In this document: positions 43,265-47,651 of the stretch, one piece after another
Layout: each line of letters opens with the position of its first letter
Numbering within the stretch: position 1 is the stretch's first letter
Assembly: GCA_965372445.1 (NCBI GenBank)
Contig: CBDVCJ010000001.1
Span: 1 to 47,651, forward strand
Source of the DNA: an uncultured Thermoplasmata archaeon
GTDB lineage: Archaea; Thermoplasmatota; Penumbrarchaeia; JAEHCK01; CBDVCJ01
DNA: 47,651 nt
Direction of reading: 5' to 3'
Made by a program: the position numbers and the translations under genes
The notes under the pieces: model-generated
What the model was told of the DNA's origin: nothing
Databases searched by the model: none
What the model saw: the letters and a program-made list of their open reading frames with translations, nothing else

Positions 43265-44812
43265 TCAGATCTCCATATATTTCTTCTCCGGCCATGCCGG
43301 CCATCCAATATAGTACGCCAACTCTCTCAGGAACTCATTTGCATCATAATACGAGATCTCCCATGATTCTTCATGTTGGTGGTTTTCGATTATATCGCGG
43401 GTGGCCTCGAGCCAGACCGGCATATCCATAGGTACTGCGCCGAACAATAATGAAACCAACAGCCCATTCTCAAACCCCAGTGTCTCTCGCACCTTGGGTG
43501 CAGGTATGGGTTGGGGCTTAAGGTTCGCAGCGTGACTGATGACGCCCGTTGTTATGCCCTCACGCCCGCCGATAAAGTTCAACATCCCCGATAATTTTGG
43601 GAACCACTCGTCAGATACAAAATCGCTGAACTCGTCGAAATATTTACTTCCTTCAGGGTAAACCGGTATGCAGTAGATACTGGTGGCTCTGAACTCGTAA
43701 AGCGCCGAGGAAGATCCTCTGAACGTGAACAGTTCCAAGTTCTCCTCATCACTATTTTTATCTTCCTCAAGCTTCTCCAGCTGTATTACCCCGTCGCGCA
43801 TCTCTTTTAAAACCGTATCCACCTGGCCCACATCCTCGATATTCGGGTCGATCCATAGATGCGGCACAACGAACGGTCTTTCCGGCGACAGGCCGGCCAT
43901 AATATCAGGTATATCTATCGGCCCGAGCGGCCAATTGTCCTGCATCCAGCTCTGCTCTTTCGGGCTCGCTACCACATATTTCAAAAACGGATATAGTGCC
44001 TGGGATAACAACTCAATGGGGAATGGGTTAAGCACTTCTTCACGGATCTCTTTGCGTGCAAAGTCTTTCCAGCATTGTGCAAAGTGGTGGTTGCTCAACG
44101 GAAAGATCGCAATTCTGGAATGCTGGAATTCATATGAATGGTCGGTATCTTCGCGTTTAATAGTTTTATTTAACACAAGTCTGCAATCATGAGGTATTCT
44201 AGTGAAATCACGTTCTGAGATCCTGCGCGCGATCTTTAATAGTTTTCCCATGGTCGGCGCAACGGTCCGCGGCCCCTGTAGTGCAAGCGCCGAGCGTCTG
44301 GGCAAAACCGTGAACAGCCAAAAAACCGTTGAGGCAGGTAGAACATATCCAAGATGTTGTAGAACTTCAGGTGTAAGCCCACCACCGGTACCGCCATCCG
44401 CAGTGTGGATAATAACGACAATTGCCGGCTCGATCTCCGAGATGGGTTTGTAAAGGTTATCAGCCAGATTCTGCACCACCTCCTCATTGAGCACCGCTTT
44501 CGCGGCCCTGCCAGGTCTACCCCCCGCACCTCGAGACATGCCCCGGACGGTGCTGGATAACGAGATCTTTTGGGCTTGCGGGATGTTTTCGAAAAAGCCT
44601 TTGGTGGTCGGATCTGCGCTGGTGTCTACTATGAATGTATATGGTGTATCTGTATTTGCCCGAATGGCTTTGGTTAAACAGCTATATCTATCAAGTTCCT
44701 GGTGGTCAACAATCTTTTCCAAGCCTTCAGATAGTATCCGCGAGCCGCCGCCGCCGATACCGACGATGACGATCGATGGTAGCTTCCTGCCGCCTGACTC
44801 ATCATTAGCCAA
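43265..44812 (-). CDS. Divergent FtsZ/tubulin-superfamily GTPase with a unique ~190-aa C-terminal region
   Basis: 515 aa. VGIGGGGS (aa 17-24) is T1-like. GAGGRPGRAAKA (aa 95-106) is T3-like. HTADGGTGGG (aa 136-145) is the T4 signature. IFPLSNHHF (aa 235-243) is T6-like. GPIDIPDIMAG (aa 297-307) is T7-like. The order and spacing parallel the canonical FtsZ in this window. Confidence 0.8.
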   Translation of the reverse strand: MANDESGGRKLPSIVIVGIGGGGSRILSEGLEKIVDHQELDRYSCLTKAIRANTDTPYTFIVDTSADPTTKGFFENIPQAQKISLSSTVRGMSRGAGGRPGRAAKAVLNEEVVQNLADNLYKPISEIEPAIVVIIHTADGGTGGGLTPEVLQHLGYVLPASTVFWLFTVLPRRSALALQGPRTVAPTMGKLLKIARRISERDFTRIPHDCRLVLNKTIKREDTDHSYEFQHSRIAIFPLSNHHFAQCWKDFARKEIREEVLNPFPIELLSQALYPFLKYVVASPKEQSWMQDNWPLGPIDIPDIMAGLSPERPFVVPHLWIDPNIEDVGQVDTVLKEMRDGVIQLEKLEEDKNSDEENLELFTFRGSSSALYEFRATSIYCIPVYPEGSKYFDEFSDFVSDEWFPKLSGMLNFIGGREGITTGVISHAANLKPQPIPAPKVRETLGFENGLLVSLLFGAVPMDMPVWLEATRDIIENHQHEESWEISYYDANEFLRELAYYIGWPAWPEKKYMEI

Positions 44813-44888
44813 TAATCTCCCCCATATGCAGTTCTAAGGAAATCATAATCAGATATATCTAACTTTTGATTGAATAGTTCTTAAAATA

Positions 44889-45022
44889 GGTTACGAAGTT
44901 CGGTTATGGTTAGGAAGCCGGTTTGGAAGTTAGTGTTAAGGTTAGGATTTGTCCTTATTTGATCCAACTTCATAACCCCAAGACCAAACTCGCCTCCTAA
45001 CCTTAACCAAATGTCCAACTTC
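44889..45022. repeat. 134-bp palindrome (family E: GGTTAGGA/GAAGTT arrays)
   Basis: The left arm is 44889-44947 and the right arm 44963-45022. Shared blocks are GAAGTT, GGTTA, GGTTAGGA, GTTTGG and GTTAGGA. GTTAGGAAGCCGGT is also present at 31443-31456. Confidence 0.85.
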
Positions 45023-45033
45023 TGTTGGAATTC

Positions 45034-46839
45034 TTAGTAATTTCTGGGTGGGTTTTGCTGCTGGGGCGGTGGATAGTAAGGTTGCTGTGGCGGTTGCTGT
45101 GGCGACGGATAATAGGGTTGCTGTGGTTGCTGCTGCTGTGGCGGTGGATAGTAGGGTTGTTGTGGCTGTTGCGGTTGCGGCGGGTAATCCTGTGGCGGTG
45201 GTGGCGTCGGCTGGGTTGGCGGTTGCTGTGGTTGCGGCATTCGATCGCCTGGCGCCTGGTATTGCGTACCACCAGGTGCGCCCGGTGGGGGTTGCTGCCA
45301 TTGTCGTTTGCGGCTGCGCTTGCGCGCCCAGATCCCCAAAATACATATCACAATAACAATAATCGCGATCGTTAAAATTAGGAATGCCATATCTAATCCC
45401 GAAGCATCTTCACCATCACTGCTTTTCTTGGACGAGGCTTTGTAATCTTCATAATCCGCTTTGATCGTGTCGCGGGTCACTTCATTAAAGGTCTTCACCT
45501 CACTATATGTCTGGGGCTCCAGTTCATCTTCCTCCTCACCATTAGAAAAGGGGTCTTCAGAGTCCGAGCCCGGAAGCTCGACCGATATGAAATTCCCATT
45601 CTTGAAAGAATACCAATTTTCAGATCTTGCCATCGTATCTATCGCATTGGGTTGGTCCCCGGCCCCAAGATCTTCGGTACCAATAATCGAGGGGTCTTCA
45701 ATATCCATCTCTACATAGGAACCAGGGCTCCAATAATTGTTCAGGGCGTTATCGGAATATTCGTCTTCCCAATACCAATCATATTGCGGTCCGATCTTAT
45801 ATGCAGTTATTTCTGTATTATCGGGTAATATTTTGGTATCTTGCTCGATATTACGGAATGAATATTCGACCCATTCAGGCCCGATCGTCACGGGAAAGTT
45901 CAACCCCTCACCCAAAGTGATATCGCCTTTCTCGGTCTCAGGCGCGCTTTCCGGCATATCGATCATCATATCATATGAAATTGTGCCTGAAAATTCATTC
46001 AAAATGATCGTCATTTGAGAACTGGCGTCCCAAGATTCGTAATCCTTGATCGGAAAATCAAAAATATCCAAAGGCGGGTTATAAATAATATCATAAGACG
46101 CTTTCCAATCGGTTATAGTTTGTTTCAGGGTAAAGTACATCCTCACCTCGTCTGAAGTGCCAGGGTCGGTTGGCTGCTCCTCATTCGGCACCTCCTCGCC
46201 ACCTCTTACATCACCTTCGAAAAGATCTTCAAAGAAATAGCCACTGTAGGTTATATCGTACAGAAAATCCACATCCGAATTCAGCACGAAATCGAAGCTG
46301 CCTTTTGCAATTGCAAGTTCGTCAACAGTGAAATAGATATGACCTGTCAGTGCCAGATCGAACCACATATAACCCTCGATCTTATAATCCATCCGCATAT
46401 CCTCTAACATTTCAGATATATCATCTTCAGATTGACGAGTTCCGTACTGTTCCATCATACTCGCGAAATCCATGCTCATTACAATATCCATCTGGGCAGC
46501 CATCGCAATATATTCTTCATAATATACATCATAACAAATATATTCAGTTTGACCGACCGTGACCTTCGTATTATCATCTTGAACCGTCAATGCACGATAA
46601 TAGCCCATGTTGCCTGAAACCACCATTTTGGATACGTCAAAATATTCGGTTTCCATATCATCGAAAAATCCATCTTGAGTAAGTTCATCCTCGTAGCCCA
46701 TACACCACTGGTCGCCAATCTCCCAGATCGGTACATCGTTCTCTTCTGGTACTACTATTATTCCTTGTACACTTGCACCTGCTAGCATGAAAAATGCTAA
46801 TGCTATACAAATCACATATATTGACCTCATCTTCATCAC
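45034..46839 (-). CDS. Single-pass surface protein with P/Q/Y-rich cytoplasmic tail
   Basis: 601 aa with a signal peptide, an ~480-aa acidic ectodomain with no recognised domain, and a TM helix FLILTIAIIVIVICILGIWA followed by RKRSRKR. The tail has three QQPYYPPPQQ-type repeats. Confidence 0.75.
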   Translation of the reverse strand: MMKMRSIYVICIALAFFMLAGASVQGIIVVPEENDVPIWEIGDQWCMGYEDELTQDGFFDDMETEYFDVSKMVVSGNMGYYRALTVQDDNTKVTVGQTEYICYDVYYEEYIAMAAQMDIVMSMDFASMMEQYGTRQSEDDISEMLEDMRMDYKIEGYMWFDLALTGHIYFTVDELAIAKGSFDFVLNSDVDFLYDITYSGYFFEDLFEGDVRGGEEVPNEEQPTDPGTSDEVRMYFTLKQTITDWKASYDIIYNPPLDIFDFPIKDYESWDASSQMTIILNEFSGTISYDMMIDMPESAPETEKGDITLGEGLNFPVTIGPEWVEYSFRNIEQDTKILPDNTEITAYKIGPQYDWYWEDEYSDNALNNYWSPGSYVEMDIEDPSIIGTEDLGAGDQPNAIDTMARSENWYSFKNGNFISVELPGSDSEDPFSNGEEEDELEPQTYSEVKTFNEVTRDTIKADYEDYKASSKKSSDGEDASGLDMAFLILTIAIIVIVICILGIWARKRSRKRQWQQPPPGAPGGTQYQAPGDRMPQPQQPPTQPTPPPPQDYPPQPQQPQQPYYPPPQQQQPQQPYYPSPQQPPQQPYYPPPQQQNPPRNY

Positions 46840-46907
46840 TCCTCACCAACCATATAATATTGTACATAGTATAAATCAATACTGGTATTTAATTGTTTTT
46901 CTAATTA

Positions 46908-47223
46908 TTCGGGATTCGGGACGCGGGATTCGATAACTTAGAAGTTTGTAGTTTGTGGTTTGTAGTTTGCAGTTTCCCCCCGCCCCCCATTCAACCGCTG
47001 AGTACGCTGAACTCGCTGAAAAACCAATTGTGGGGGTGTAGCGGGTCGGGTGTAGGGTGTATTGAAATGTCCCGACACCCTATACGCTATACCCAACACC
47101 CCCTCAATTTAGCTAATAATTCAGCGTTTTCAGCGTCCTCAGCGGTTAGAACTTTAAAATGAATTAGTTACATGTCCTTTGTGTTAAAAGCCGACTCCCG
47201 AGCCCTGAACACCGATTCCCGAA
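46908..47223. repeat. ~315-bp nested palindrome (families D, AGTTTGY, GGGATTCG)
   Basis: Layer 1 is TTCGGGATTCGGGACGCGGGATTCG (46908-46932) vs CCGACTCCCGAGCCCTGAACACCGATTCCCGAA (47191-47223). (AGTTTGY)x4.7 is at 46943-46975 and CCCCCCGCCCCCC at 46976-46988. The D arms are 46993-47020 vs 47119-47147. The inner GGGGGTGT...ACACCCCC layer is 47030-47105. Confidence 0.85.
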
Positions 47224-47335
47224 GTAATTATAAATTAAAATCCTCGACTTTCTTCAACTGGCTAGAAGTGAATATATGGCCGGAGTGAGACTTATATTAT
47301 TGACTTTATAAATTGTGAAAAGTTTTTTAATCCAT

Positions 47336-47651
47336 CTAGTATCGACGCTTTGGGTCATAATAATTATTTGGTGCTCCAGATTTGATATTATTTTGTGGTG
47401 GATAGGTTTGATCTTGATAATAAATCCTTTGAGTTTGGTTTTGAGGGTAATAATTATATTGCTGTCGACTTTGAGATTCTTGCTTTGGATATTGTTTATT
47501 TATTGGTGGTTTATGTCTCTTTTTCAACATTATTAGGAAAATTATTGCGAATATTATGATTATTACAATAATTAATAATAAAAATAAAATCGAGCTGTCT
47601 TTTACTTCTTTTCCATCTTTATTATTACTTTCTTCAGTTCCGATTATTATA
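47336..47651 (-). CDS. 3' part of another single-pass membrane protein gene (5' end outside window)
   Basis: The frame stays open upstream of the track ORF to the window edge: ...GTEESNNKDGKEVKDSS-ILFLLLIIVIIIIFAIIFLIM-LKKRHKPP... It shows a TM helix followed by a Q/Y/N/P-rich tail ending in YYDPKRRY*. Confidence 0.55.
   Translation of the reverse strand, partial: IIIGTEESNNKDGKEVKDSSILFLLLIIVIIIIFAIIFLIMLKKRHKPPINKQYPKQESQSRQQYNYYPQNQTQRIYYQDQTYPPQNNIKSGAPNNYYDPKRRY

Noticed and set aside
43265-44812. A TubZRC-like partition system linking the FtsZ-like protein to the phased family-B arrays as centromeres.
   Set aside because: No small TubR-like DNA-binding gene is adjacent. The nearest B element is more than 4 kb away with unrelated genes between. 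The context is chromosomal housekeeping genes. This is pure speculation, so it is not reported as a finding.

Overview
Archaeal chromosomal fragment, moderately AT-rich, with about 33 protein-coding genes. By eye I found no rRNA, tRNA, CRISPR array, cas gene, transposase or integrase. The housekeeping backbone is cysS, ppsA, canonical ftsZ, an archaeal-type riboflavin/FAD operon (ribB-ribL-archaeal riboflavin synthase-ribH), pyrB-pyrI, ubiX, trmY, a PflX-like radical SAM enzyme, an AGT-endonuclease V fusion, arcS and a DUF89 phosphatase. This gene set looks euryarchaeal, possibly Thermoplasmatota-like, but lineage cannot be settled without a database search. Three unusual features sit in this backbone. 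(i) There are giant or medium single-pass surface proteins of 1251, 912, 1502, 1355 and 601 aa, plus one cut by the window end. They carry propeller, cadherin-like, PKD-like, CARDB-like and C25-peptidase ectodomains. Their cytoplasmic tails are P/Q/Y-rich, acidic or Arg-rich and end in zinc ribbons, a C4HC3 RING/PHD-like finger or an acidic tryptophan motif. (ii) There is a second, highly divergent FtsZ/tubulin-superfamily protein (515 aa). (iii) Most striking, nearly every intergenic region longer than about 150 bp is filled by nested, onion-like imperfect palindromes. These are built from a shared vocabulary of short-unit arrays (7-9 nt units and one 29-nt unit). They include three copies of a 330-500 bp element with two opposed, 29-bp-phased arrays of a GTGGGATTG core, and five copies of a ~55-nt double-hairpin module whose two hairpins are shuffled between copies. 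I cannot match these repeats to any class I know. All functional readings of them are inference.
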